Of a stretch of 64,000 nucleotides of DNA, positions 35,430 through 48,540 are shown in pieces. The position numbers and the translations under genes were made by a program. Each line of letters begins with the position of its first letter. Positions within the stretch are counted from its first letter, which is position 1. Location: assembly GCA_973895155.1 (NCBI GenBank), contig OZ316893.1:6271239-6335238 (forward strand). Reading direction: 5' to 3'. Source of the stretch: Marsupella aquatica (taxonomy: Eukaryota > Plantae > Marchantiophyta). The notes beneath the pieces are model-generated. The model did not search any database. It was not told the DNA's origin and saw only the letters and a list, made by a program, of their open reading frames with translations.

Positions 35430-37275
35430 CTAGCCCAATGCAATGCCTGGGCATTGCGCAAAAGATGTCAAGGTCAAGAAAAGATGTTTGTGTGAAAAAA
35501 GTTGTCAATGAGAGAAAAAGATGTTGAGGTGAAAAAAGATGTTGGTGTGAAAAAAGTTGTCAATGAAAGAAAAAAATTGAGGCGAAGAAAAGATGTTGGT
35601 GTGAAAAAGTTGTCGATGAGAGAAAAATATGTCGAGGTGAGGAAAGGAAGTCAAATTAAAGTGAAAAAAGATGTTGAGGAGAGAAAAGATGGCAAGGTGA
35701 GAAAACAATGTAAAGATGAGGAAAACATGTTGAGAAGAGAAAGGATGTCGAGGGTGAGGGAAAGATGTTCGTGGTGAGGTAAAGAACACAAAAATCTTGT
35801 GCATTGCATAGAAGATGTTGAGGTGAAGAAAAGAGGTTGAAATGAGAAAAGAAATGGCCGAGGTGAGGCAAAGTTGTCGAGGAAACACAAAAAAATGCAG
35901 GCAAGCTCAATCCCTATGCACCACAAAAAAGATGTAGCATAAAAAGTGTCATTGTTTGATGGTGTTTGTCGATTGCAAAAATGTTATCATTTTGGTCATT
36001 ATTGTGAACGTGTTATTGTTGAGGAGGATGAAGGTGGGGACATGGAGATGCAAGATGGGTGACTGTAATGGCCATTATATCATGGAGTCGTAGCATGATC
36101 ACCCAAAAAATTGATGCAATTTTTATTAAAATTAAAATTATTAATATTTTAAATACATAAATATATATATGCTTTGGTTTTTTTAAATGCAGGCAGGAAA
36201 ATACAAAATTATCTCACTTTATTCCCTTCTCAATTTTTCCCTACCTTTTTCATTCTCCTCTTCTTGAAATTTTGTTCCTTTTTCCCTTTATCTTGCCCTC
36301 CCCGTTTTTTTCTTCCATGCCAATTCCTTGTTACCTTCTCCATGATCTTTGGATAGTGTTTAATCTTTATATTTTTATGAAAATATAATATATAATCACT
36401 CTACCCTTGTAGAGTTGTAGTCACCACGGGAGAGCATAAACTACAATCTAGTACAGTTCATAATTGTACTCTCAAATACAATTGTACAGTATGAAATGCT
36501 ATATGGTGGATCTATCTTCCAGTATTTTGTCTTATTCAAACTTCTTTTCTTGTGTATTTTAATTCAATGTGTTTTACCAAGGTGCATCCTTTGTATATTT
36601 TAGATTTTGAATTTAATCTGGCACCCCTCTAAATTTTTCAATCTTTGATATACTTTTGATCATCCACCACCCTTTAACAAAGTTCACCTAAGTTCTAGCC
36701 CTTAGTGAAGAAGAAATGATCTAATTAAAGTGCACTCCTCATGTCTTTAAGTTCTACTCATGGTTTTGTGTCCTAAATTTAAGGTTTTAATTCATTTGAG
36801 TGTCATTACCTAAGAGATGTACATAAGTATCTTTACTGGTGTATAATATGTGCAGAACCCAATACCATAGACTTAAATTTTTCCTGTTTTTTATTACTTT
36901 TTTTTACTTGTGTATTTTTACTCTTGTACTTTATGTGCACAAATTTTCAATGTCACGCTTCCTAATCAATGTCCTATTTATATTTGCCACAAAAAAATTA
37001 GATCACCTGTATTTTACTAAAAAAATTTAAACTTTTTGCTAGAGGACAAAATAACTTTTCATGTTCCAGGATGAGTATGCTATATTCAAATACAATTGTA
37101 CACTATTGCAATACCATTATGTGTTTATGTGTACCCTTGCTACTGAATTAATAATCGAACAGTTACAAAAAATTCACCCAAAAGATCTAACGGCTGTCAT
37201 TCATTCCCGCCCAAAATGCATTTAGTAACAAATAAACGACTAAAATGAGAGGGATTTCAATATTATAGATATAGA
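35430..37275 (-). mobile_element. Non-autonomous Helitron-like element
   Basis: On the minus strand the 5' end is TCTATATCTATAATA (from 37275) and the 3' end is CTAG (35433-35430), with a perfect hairpin GCAATGCC-TG-GGCATTGC at 35440-35457. It sits between A and T. Degenerate ~18-bp AAAAGATGTTGAGGTGAG repeats lie inside. Confidence 0.6.
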
Positions 37276-37765
37276 TGGGTGTGGTTCCACATGTTTATGG
37301 GTGTGTCTGCTTGTTCCTTAGGGCATCGTCCAGGTTGTTGCTTTGAGCTCCTTCCAGGCAACTTAGCTGGGCCACCTACGAGGTGCATCATCAAAGCTGC
37401 CATTTAGACGGGGGCAGACTAGAGGAACTGGATACAGTGACGAGGGGCCTGGGAAGTCCCTTTTGAAAAAGGGGACTAGTCCTTGGGTTACATTTTTCCA
37501 AATGGGACCCTCTCAAGCCTTTTGGAGCGCAATCCTAGTGCATTCCATATTTTCCATGGAGCTGAGCCTCGTGATCTGGGCCTCAGAATAAAAGCTTGGT
37601 TACTTAGGATACTATTCTGGTAAAAGTGAGCAGTGGCCAGCTTTTACTAATTTGACAGAATCATGTGACAACATCTTTGCAAGCCTACACTTGAACAAGC
37701 CAATATTTGTCGTGAGGCCACACACCAATATGGTGGTTTAGCACATATATATATATATATATATA

Positions 37766-38870
37766 CTAGCTCAATACTGGTGCGTTACACAAAAGAAGTC
37801 GTGTCGGCCAAGATGTTGTTAAGAAAAAAAGATGTCGTGTTGGCTAAGAGGTCGTTGAGAGAAAAGAGGTTTTGTCGGCCAAGAGGTCATGAAGAGAAAA
37901 GATGCCATGTCGGCTAAGAGGTCATTGAGAAAAAAAGATGTCGTGTTGGCCAAGAGGTCATTGAGAAAAAAGATGTTCTGTCGGCCAAGAAGTCATTGAA
38001 AAAAAAGTTGTCATGTCGGCCAAGATGTTGTTGAGAAAAAAGATGTCATGTCGGCAAAGACATCATCGAGGGAAAAGTTGTCGTCTCAGCCAAGATATTG
38101 TTGAGGGAAAATACCCGTGCATTGCACAGTCAAAAGATGTTGTTAAAATAAAGATGTTGTGGTGCCCAAGATATCGTTAAGAAAACAGATGTTGTGGCAC
38201 CCAAGATGTTGTGTCCCCCAAGATGGCGCTAAGAGAAAAGTTTTGTGGCGCCCAAAATCCTGTTAAGAGAAAATATGTTGTTTTTCGCAAGAATGATATT
38301 CTTATGTGAAAGATGTCATGAAGTAAAACTATGTTTGATGTTGTTAAGAAAAAGAAGTCATTGTACCAAAGATGGCATGTTGCCCAAAAGGTCATCAAGT
38401 AAAAAATTGTAATAGATGTCATGTCGCCAATGATGTCATTATGCCAAAGATGTCGTTAAATATTAAGATGTTGTTAAGTACAAAATGATCAATAGATAAA
38501 GTATGTCATTAGTCAAAGATATTGTTAAGTACATCTTGGGCCTGATACTTGTGCATTGCACAAATGATGCATGTTGAGGTGAGAAAATATGTCAAGGTGA
38601 AAAAAAATGTCGATGAGAGAAAAACATTTCGAGCTGAGAAAAATATGTCAAAGAGAGAAAAGATAGCAAGATGAGAAAAAGATGTCGATTAGAGAAAAGC
38701 ATTCTGAGGTGAGAAAAATATGTCGAGAGAAAAGATGGCGAGATGAGAAAACATGTCAAGGAAAGAAAATATATATGTCGAGGTGAGAAAAGACCTTGAG
38801 ATGAGAAAAATATGTCAAGATGAGCAGAGATCTTCATATGAAGAAAAGATGTCAAGATGAGAATATATTT
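37766..38870 (-). repeat. Second Helitron-like or minisatellite remnant
   Basis: CTAG end at 37766-37769 next to a (TA)n tract; repeated AAAAGATGTCGTGTCGGCCAAGA and AAAAGATGTCGAGGTGAG units; recurring GTGCATTGCACA motif shared with 35430-35900. Confidence 0.5.
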
Positions 38871-41800
38871 TTATATTTTTTATTTATATTTAAAATCATT
38901 TCAAAAAAATAGAATTATTTATATATAAATAAATTTATTTAAAATTTGATTAATTTTTTCATTGTGGCAGGTATGGGAAGGTTAAAGGGTAGCTTGGGAA
39001 TTTTTATAAGAGGTGTATGGATATATCTGACAATGTGGAAAAAATTATGTTTTGATGAACATTCAAGATTGATTTTCACTTTTTTTAATTTGTGAAGGGA
39101 CAGGATCAGGATTATAGTGGTACATGGTAAAGGGAGGTCTCCTTGGTACTCCTGCATTGCTAGAGACCCTCCTTGTTTTCTTTGTACTATTAGATTCATT
39201 TTTTGCTTGGAAACATTGCTCTCCATTTTCATTCTAGTTGGTTAGATTCTTTCATGTTTTTCATGTTTGGGATATTGCAAATTTGAATGAGTACCATGCT
39301 ATAACAAAAGTAACATTTTATTATAGCTTTTGACATTCTCCCTCTCATCTAATCTATTGTGTTTAATTAATCTATTTTAATTAAATTACTACCATTATTA
39401 TATTATGTAATATTGTAATATTTGCAATAATATATGATATCACATACATTATGTACTTTTGTATTTCTTGTGTATGGAAAAACCTACTTAATACTCATGC
39501 ATGTGCATTCGCTCCCTTGTTTTTTGTGGCTCCTTCCTTTTGTGTGTGTCCCATTTGATTCCCCTCTTGTTTAGAATATACTTAATACTTTTTTTTGGTG
39601 CACAATAAATTTAATATAGACTTTATTCCTTCTCTTTGACATGATCAATGTTTTTTGGACACTGTAAATTTGAATGACAACCACTTCAAAAAAAGGTGCA
39701 ACCTTATATTATAGTCCTTATATATATATATATGGTAAAAATCCAAAACAAAGGGGAATGGGAGACAATTACAAAAACGGAGGGATCTACCCCAATTTCG
39801 AGGGGACATTAACGCCCAAACTACAAATTTACCCAAGACTTGAGTGAGTTTTGAAAAGATAATAGAAAATAGGATCTCAAATTAATGTCATGCAATAGTG
39901 TGCAAAAGAGGACGAAGAAATTAAAATGCCAAGATTTCAGGTCAGTTTTTTGTGCACTTTGAAAAGCATATGCCTAGATTGATCAGTCATTGCATAATTC
40001 CCTCCTCAGATATAGGCCTGTATTGCATAATCATAGTAACTTCTTGTTTAGCTCAAGTTTTGAGGGGCTACTATTGTCCTTAATGCTCCAAAAGATTATT
40101 CAACCTTGTATATTTGGTAACAGTATAGGAGAAGTTTCATAATTAGCCAACTCAAATCTTGACTATACATTCTTCTCCATGAAGGCTAGAAATTAATGAG
40201 AAAACAGTCAAAGAAGGGCATGAAGTAGAAAATAAATGCTCTCCCATGAGCATGTGAAGGGAACCAAACCAAGCCAATGAGGGTCAGTAGTTTCTTACTC
40301 ATATTATAGGTGATTAGATCACTCTTATATAAAGCAAACCTTATTTTATTGGTGTTCCCTTGGTGATGAGGGCACTGTTGACTCAGACTAGATAGCAAAT
40401 GCGAAACATAAATGATACACTCAACCACACTCTACATCAACAAGACATCACGAATAGAAAAACTCTTGAAGAATCCATATCATATGAGAATACATATGAA
40501 GAACAAGAGATATAATGCACTCCCTCCAACCCGCACGAGGGGTCTATATATGATACCTTAATGTAATCAATGATTAATTAACCTTAGTCAAACCAAATTA
40601 ATTCTAGTAGAGAATTCAAATCAATTCCTAACATTGTTTTTAGTGGTCCAAGTAAATAGGGCATCCTCAGGTAATGGTCAAGGTTGTTTTCCCATGACTA
40701 AAGTGACTTGACACCAAAAAAGCTTGTTCCCACACTTGTCATGGAAGACCTAAAATGGTACTTTCGGGCCAGGGATCTTTTTGTGGCCCTACGGGTTTGG
40801 GAAGCCAGGTTTGGGAAGCCATAATTACACCGTTTCAAAGTCTTCACCATTGTTGGTCACAAATTGGCTGATATTTTTACTCCCCGTCTACAGTTTCCCA
40901 TTTACTGTATGGTCCTTACTAGCCAGAATGTGAACCTTATCCTTAAATCTAGGGAGATGTCATGGTCATAAATGAACGACGAATATTACTGTCATCGTCT
41001 CCTTCAGTCACGCGGTGACAATCGCCACCAACCAACAAAAAGCCTCAAAATTTACGCCGATCCTGAGTTTCTCTTGGGTAGCGGCGCTCTGGCATTTTGC
41101 AGGTCGCTCCTCGGTATTTGCCCCGTAGCCATGAAGTCGAGACAAGAACTTCTGGGATACTTCGAGTCTGTACGTTGCTCTTTGTTCAAGGGATGACCAA
41201 TTGAGAACCATCAATTGTTATTCCTATAGTCAGAGCGTCACTGAGAGGAGTCAATCAGCCTTTGCCCATCGTGCGAAACTAAATCGGTGCGCTTGTGCAT
41301 AAACATTCGAAGCTTCTGATGCCGGCCGGGGGCACGCAAGCAATAGATAATTGTGTCGACCAAAACCTGCGCTGTTTCCTCCCTGCCTTTGTGAGAACTG
41401 CTGCGCAATTTTATGGCTCTCCGGGAATACAGCAAGTCGTAAGGAAGGCGAATCTTATTTATGCAATCGAGTAAGCTCAATGAGGTGCTGCGCACCGTTG
41501 TGCCAAAGGCCAAAATTTATATTGAGTGAATTGGACGAAGGGAATTGCCTGCCGCTCGATTACATGGATAGGCTGTATACTGCGTGACGAAAACCTCACG
41601 TGCACGCCACGCTAGGGGCCTGTGAATCAGCGTGTGAATTTGCTCCGGATGAAGCTTTGTCCAGATCGGTTTAGGGCACTGAGGTGGAAACCTTGGCCTG
41701 CATATTCCTTGGGAGTATGAATTTAAAAGAGTGCATAGTAGACGTAGCGGGCACGGAGGAAGATGACATTTGATGATTCCCACAATCATTTGTTATCGTC

Positions 41801-44800
41801 TCCGAAGCAGAGACAGTTGGGCTCGACATCGCTACGCAATCGTTTGCTTGGCAGACAAGACTTGTGATGCCCAGCAACAAAATCGGTCAAATAGACCTTG
41901 ACAAACAGATCTATCAGCGAAGTTCCAATTGGAAGAAATCGTTCTGAACTGTCTTGCGTTTCGTTGTGATTCGTCTCGTCAAGAACTGTGACTTAAAAGC
42001 TTATTATCGTATGGCATCAGAGATATTTCAATGCGTTTCTAATTCTCCTTATGTACAACATTCTCTGACTTTGACAGGGAAACCGGGGTTGAAACCGCTA
42101 TCTGAATATACCACCACAGTTTAAAGAAGTAAACACAGGAAGACAATTTGATCCAACCTTCAAGAAACACAGTTAAATCAAATGGATGAGAAAAGCATGA
42201 CATGAATATATCCGGCAATCGCTTGCAATGCCGAATTCCAGTAATAAGCCGCGAGTAAAAATTCCAAGCCGTGGATTCCACACGATGATAAATTCCTTCA
42301 ACGTACTCACTAGATACATTGAATTGAACTCAACGGAATTGGATTAATTAAGATCTTGGTGTAGTCTTCGATCTGAGCACTTGCTGTTTGTGCTTTTATT
42401 CGACTTCACTGTGTCACAATGTCTTTCACTGACAGCTTTTGCGGCAGCACGGGTGGGGTCAGAGGTGGGATCAAGTAATCGGAACAAGGTCTTTGGCAAC
42501 GATCGAACAGACCAGGTTCATTACCAAATGATCTCCTTTTATAGCCTTGCCAAAGCGTTTTCTTTCATGTTTCTGCATATCTTGCTCGGTTCTTTTCCTC
42601 ACTCGCCTGTCCACAGTATATGGTGGAGTCCAGTTTTGGTGATGAGCACATGGGATTGTTGCAGAGTTGGGAATTTTGGAAGTCATCCCATCTCTGGCTG
42701 TTATCAGGGCCGTTTGATATCTTAGTTGGCTTCGCTTCTGAAGCTTTCTCTGCTGCCCAGCTGGGTACTGCTGGACTTTTAGATCTTTTAATAAAAGTAG
42801 ACATATTTGAGCAAATTCAAGCTACGTCAGCCACCACCTCCTGTAGCATGCCTTCAAAAAAGCTACGGACGAAATTAATTTTGCATCTGTTCACCTTCCA
42901 CGCAGAGTGCTTTTTGTAAAGTTGCATGTGGACGAATTTGCTTTATATTGATAGGCGTGAACATGGAATTTGCACTGGGAGTGTTCAAACTGATAATACA
43001 GTCTATACAAGTTAGGGCAAGGGATGATTTCGATATGCTTCATATGACGCCGGAGAGAGCAAGCACGTGGGTTGCGTTCGCTTGATTGAATTCCAGTGAA
43101 GGTTTATTTTTATTTTTGCCTTGAAAGATCATTTGGAATTCCATTCACAAAGACAGTAATTCCAGTGAAGGTTTAGTCATAATGAAACTGACACAAAGTC
43201 AGGGTACGAAACAGAAACTTGGTTCATCAATCCTGCGCTCTCGGAAGGTTTTTCAGAGGATATGCATGCTTTTCTAGTGTTAATATGCAGGTATTGTTTG
43301 GTGTTCGCTAAATTAGACTATGAGGAAGAGGATTCAACTCTCACTCTCTGTGCTCAAAGGGATGAATAATTGTGTATTGACATCCAAAGGACAACATAGC
43401 TATGAGGAGAATCCGATAGAAATGGGTCACTCCAGTTTCTGTCTGCTTTGGAGCGATCAAACTTCTTGAAATTTGCTTTGAGAACTCAATGACTTTATTT
43501 TTGTGCGTCCGGTAAAGCATTCATTTGTGGGTGTACGGTTCACCCAGTCTGAATGCCTTTATCTGACCAGTTTGTTTATCCTCCGGCCCGAGGAGGCAGG
43601 CGGTCAATTCCCACTGGACGTATTTGAAAGTGGAACACGAGAATGGCATACAAATCCATATGCAATGCCTTGCGGAATCTAGACCATCTGAACTTTAGAC
43701 GGTCTCAAGTTTGAGACGGAGTCTAGGTTAGGGCAAGCTCTAATCGCAATGAGATGCTTGACATGTCCTAGATTGAGATTATTAACAAGCTCCAAAGAAT
43801 AGCCATGTTATCATCGATGTTCAAATCACCCACATTCCAATACTGACAAAGCGTCATGCAGCACAACCAGCGATTGCAAGGTTTCGTGCAGTAGGACCTC
43901 GAGTGGCTCAACTTGGAGATGGGAAGCATCCAAATACTAAAATGGTTTCTTGAAGTAGGGCATCGCACTACAAACATTGCAAAATTTCATGTAGTAGGAT
44001 GGACCTAGCGAGGATTGCTCAGGGGATGCAGATTGACGATGGATGCAGATTGAAGATGTGCAAAACAATGTCTGCACAAAAAGTGTGACCTACTTATAAT
44101 ACCTTCAAACATTTTTTTGACCCAGGCTACTTTTGAAAATGGGTGCTCAGGTGTTTTGACATTTGGTGTCACTTTGTTGTGATCCTAGTGTGGTACAGGT
44201 TTAGTTTTGCAGAAGGTAATTGCTTATTCTGAATTTTTGCAGGGGGTCAGATGTTCAGATCTTGGTTTTGGCTGAATTTCTTCCTGTTCTTTGGACTGAG
44301 TTGGCCCTCATATTTGCAGTACCTTGTTGGAGGACTGGTGACGTCTTGTTGCTTCTCATTGTTTTCCCTTTTTGGCCGTGATCGCTACTGAATGTGTTTA
44401 GTCTAAATTGAGTGGTTGCTGGTCTATTTTTGACCTGAAAATTGTTCCTGAAAGCATCACCATTCCAGGTGGGCAAAGCCAGGGGGGCAAAATCTCATAA
44501 CCCGAGCCAAGCTGGCAGGGGGGATTATGCATAGTCCCCCCTGCCAGTTTATCCATAGAGATACAAACAAAAAAACTAGTGACAGGATCGGTTTACAGAT
44601 CTTGGGACGCATTTTGCTTGAAGCTTGCTAAGCCCTGGGCTTGGGACTAATGTAGGGAGCACAGGAGAGGGGGAAAAGAGCTGCACTCTGTGTAGGGAAA
44701 TAAGGGAAGGGGAGTCACCCTCGTCTTGCTAAACCGCCCTCACCTGGTCTGTCCTTCAAGAACTAGGTGAGCCAAATACTGCCAATACATTAGAATAGGG

Positions 44801-45829
44801 TCCCACTAAATGGATCTTGGCTTATGGGACTTGTTAAGTGGGACTCGGGAAAGTTATCTCCTGCCTTCGTTTCTAGTGTCACTCGGCCAAATTTAGCCAA
44901 ATTCTTATTCCTCATTTGTACAAGTACAATGGAAAAAGTAAGGAATTCCCGTACCAGAATAGTCAAATACCTTCCTAGATAGATAGGCTAGTCGTCAGAT
45001 GTAATGGCCCAGATTAAACTTAGGACAATCAAACAAATACATGCTTGGTAAGTAATGCATGCTTGTTTAAAAATACTCAAGAGTCAGGCAGCCTCGCCAT
45101 ACTGTGTGTGGATGGCACCAATTGTATGTCAGGCCATCCATGCAATCCAGGCTGCCAAGAGTATGGGTTTTAAAATACTCAAGAGTCAGGCAGCCTGGAG
45201 CCTGGGTTCAAATTTCTATGGCGATGTTTGTGGAGATTGAAGAACAGCTGTAGCTAGCACCATCCACTGAAGTCGCTGCTGACCTGGCTTTCCCCGCCAA
45301 GGGCAGGAACCCTCTAAGCGCACCCAACTGGTTTACCAGCTGCGGGCTGGTAAAATGGACGTTCAAGGGACACACAGGCAGGCCAAGATCATCTACAGTA
45401 GCAATCCGAAACAAAAAATTGTATGCACCAGAGGCTGCCATTCGGGCATGCTCCTGTCACAAAGCACACAATGGTTGGAGCATGTACTGCAGAGAGTATG
45501 GAGGGACAGTAAAGTTGGTGGCTGATTTGCAACCATGTGGCAGAGCGACAAGCATAGATGCAGTTTGCCAAGCCTGGGAAGATAGTTTTCAAGCTTGCCA
45601 GAAATGCTCCATCGCCAGTCTGCGTTTCCTCTTGTGGCCTCTGCTGGAAACTATTGGGATAGCAGAAACCGGTGCAAGCAGAAATCTCTGGATAACAATG
45701 TGGATAGCCGGCCAGACCTGATGGAGGCAACTGGTTTGGAGGCTCTAAAAAGGGGGGCTTTATTACAAGACTGTGGGGGCCGTTCGCTACCTCTCCATCC
45801 AAAGCAAAATTGATGGCTGGCCACTCCCT

Positions 45830-48540
45830 TACACAAAGTTAAAATACCTGAGCGTCAGGTCCGGGAGTAATAAATGCAATTCCTGGAAAGAAGCCTGCTT
45901 GTAATCACACATCAAAATGTGGCTGCATTCATTGATTGAAAAAATAAATCTAGGGTTATCATGGTATGCAGGGGTGTCATACATCATATATATCATATTT
46001 TGATGTGCAGTTACCCGAAAGAAGCTGGGGTTTGTTTCCAGTTTTGTAGGCCACCTCAAGAAGAGTTCTAAGTTTTTGACCAAAAAAATTGCACACATCA
46101 GCCAAAAAATAGGGACCCACAAGGCACATACTAAGAGCATCTCCAATGGTTGTCGCATTGGTTATGGTAAGGCAGTTTTGATCAGACCAGTAAGAGGGAG
46201 GGAAAAAGCCAATTCCAAAGTACAGGATGTCATTAACGCTATGGTTGCACATACCGCAAACAAGGTTCCTCAAACGACCTCAGACCCTCTTTAATGTAAG
46301 AAATAATAATATATTTTTTAACCCATATAAAGTTAGAATATTCCAAATTTTAATTTAAAAACCTTAATGTTCTTATATGTCTTAAAATCAGATTTAGAAG
46401 ACTCTATTATTCTTCTGAGAAAATTCTTAAGTTTTCTCTTAGAACCAATAAAATAACCTTATCCTTTGTCGCATGTGATGTGTCATTTTTGTGGAAATGA
46501 AACCCCCGAGAGGTGGTTGATTAGTAATGGAATTATGAGAGACAGCTCTCAAAATTGTCTCCCTCACATAAGTATGATATGTTGAAAATGGGAGAGACTT
46601 CAACTGAATTCCATAAGCAATGAGCAGCAATTGTCAATGTATGAACATGTATTGAACCCAAGTGGTCTCCATAGCAGTTCCTATGACATCCCATTTTGTA
46701 AAACTAGTATAGTAAACTTTCAGAAATCTCTTCAAGTAAGTGTCTGTATCAACCAAGTCCAGCTCCATGCCATGAAACATTGCCATAGTTCTATTGAAAC
46801 AATCCATGATTGTGTTGATCCGTGTTGTGAAAATGTCATCCGAGCACTTCTGCTGACACATGTGGCAAAGTGTGAAGGACACATTCAATGGTGTTCACAG
46901 ATCCCTTGGTAGATGCCAAATAGGATTTGTCCTGTTTGTCTGAATAAGGAAGTTGATGATGAACATCAAAGAATAGACAGGCAGAAGTTCCCAAAGAAAG
47001 TACAAATGAGCTCATTGTCCTCCACTGCTAGGTCCCCATGATACAAGACCATCACTGCTTGTGTGGGTCGGAATGGTTCTCCCTCTTGCCGGAATTCATC
47101 AAATTGAGCTAACTCCATGTGAAAATTAAGGTGCCAGTAGTGGGAGGTTGAATATGAGCTGACATTCACTTTTCTTCAACATGTAGTACCTCCAGAACTC
47201 ATTGATCGTACCATTCATACTCGACAAACAGCGCACATAAATTTGCAAATCTTGTGACTTGTTGTACTGGAGTCACCGATTGAAGACAAATGGTTGGTGT
47301 GAAGGACGTTTGTGTAGTAACTGTTTCATCCAGTCGTTCACATGTGACCTACTCTTCCTTCTAACTAAAAAATCTTCTACGTAAGAGATAGATTCCACCC
47401 CCCCAAGGAACGAACATCAATGTCGTCAGTTGCATTTTTGCCAACATTCCATGCAATTTCTTGACATCCTGCAGTGTTGTTGGGAGCTCCGCCAAAACCT
47501 TTTTGGGTACTGCAACAACATCCGGCTCCTCATCCGCAGAGCACGCCATGTAGGTTGCACAAAAGAGAATGTTCTCATTGCTGGCAGAGATAATGGGCAT
47601 TGGCCTGGGCATCGCAGCATGATGACGTATGAATACCTTATAAATTGCATTCTCGCAGGTTGAAGCATAAGGCGGGGACTAAATGGTAATACGAGTACCG
47701 TATTCCCATTTGTACATATGGTTGTTCGTGGTAATCGTACTTACGACAACACTTCCTTGTACAGTGGTTACCTGGCATACAGTCCTTAAAATTTTAAAAT
47801 ACTTCTGTAGATATCACTCCAAAGGCCAATGCAAATGGCCAGTGCTTAATAAACTGAAATGCGAGTGGGCAAGGCTGAGGGCAAGGCAAAATAAGATAAA
47901 GTATCCCGGAATGGGTATTGAAATAAAAATTCGTTTTAAAATTGTGTGGTTCCTGCTCCCACGTCCATCATTATTAGGAGGCTGCCATAAAATACACTAA
48001 GTTTAGTGTTGTTACTTATTTAAAACATTGTATCTGATGCTCGACGGAGGCATCCTCCCGGCTGTCTATGGAAATGTAGTGCAAAGATGGATTCAATTGC
48101 AAAGACAATTGCGTTGAATGGCAAAATGTGAAGGCCAGGGCACACTGCAGGAGAGCAGATTGTGAAATTGGATGCAAGAATTCATGGCAGCGAGAGATCA
48201 ATGGAAGTATGTCCAACGCGCAAGCTTGCACTAGCTTGCAATTTCCAAAGGAGAGTGGACCCGCTGAATTTTCGGGAGTGAAAGCACCACAAATGATCAC
48301 AAGCCTCGCAGATAAAGTAACACGTGTCCATTTCAAATAGCGCAGCAAAAGTATCCTGTAATAGGTGGAATTCACTATGACAAACCCCATTAAACATATA
48401 GCACATCCCAATAATAGCTGGGCCATTGGCTGTATTAAATGTATAGTGCAAAGAAAACCCCATCACCCTTGAGATGACTAGGTTTGGTAATGGTTTTGCT
48501 TGATTGTGCCCCCAAGTTGGGACCTGGCCTGTCATCACAG
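45830..48540 (-). mobile_element. Heavily decayed Cys-rich transposase-like remnant (possibly KDZ/CxC type)
   Basis: Fragmented minus-strand frames with CxxC clusters (CEACDHLWCFH, CHMCQQKC); interrupted by a CCCCCGAG-ended MITE. No termini were found. Confidence 0.25.
46290..46510. mobile_element. Truncated CTCGGGGG-family MITE
   Basis: Right end GTGATGTGTCATTTTTGTGGAAATGAAACCCCCGAG nearly matches 61190-61225 and is related to 13667-13702. Confidence 0.65.

Noticed and set aside
35502-38855. Lys/Arg-rich and Phe/Ser-rich short ORFs
   Set aside because: Translations of low-complexity minisatellite DNA.
40180-40632. Possible solo LTR (TG...CA with a TATA-like tract)
   Set aside because: No matching target-site duplication was found.
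46132-46150. TAAGAGCATCTCCAATGG, resembling a Tourist/Harbinger terminus
   Set aside because: No partner inverted terminus was found nearby.
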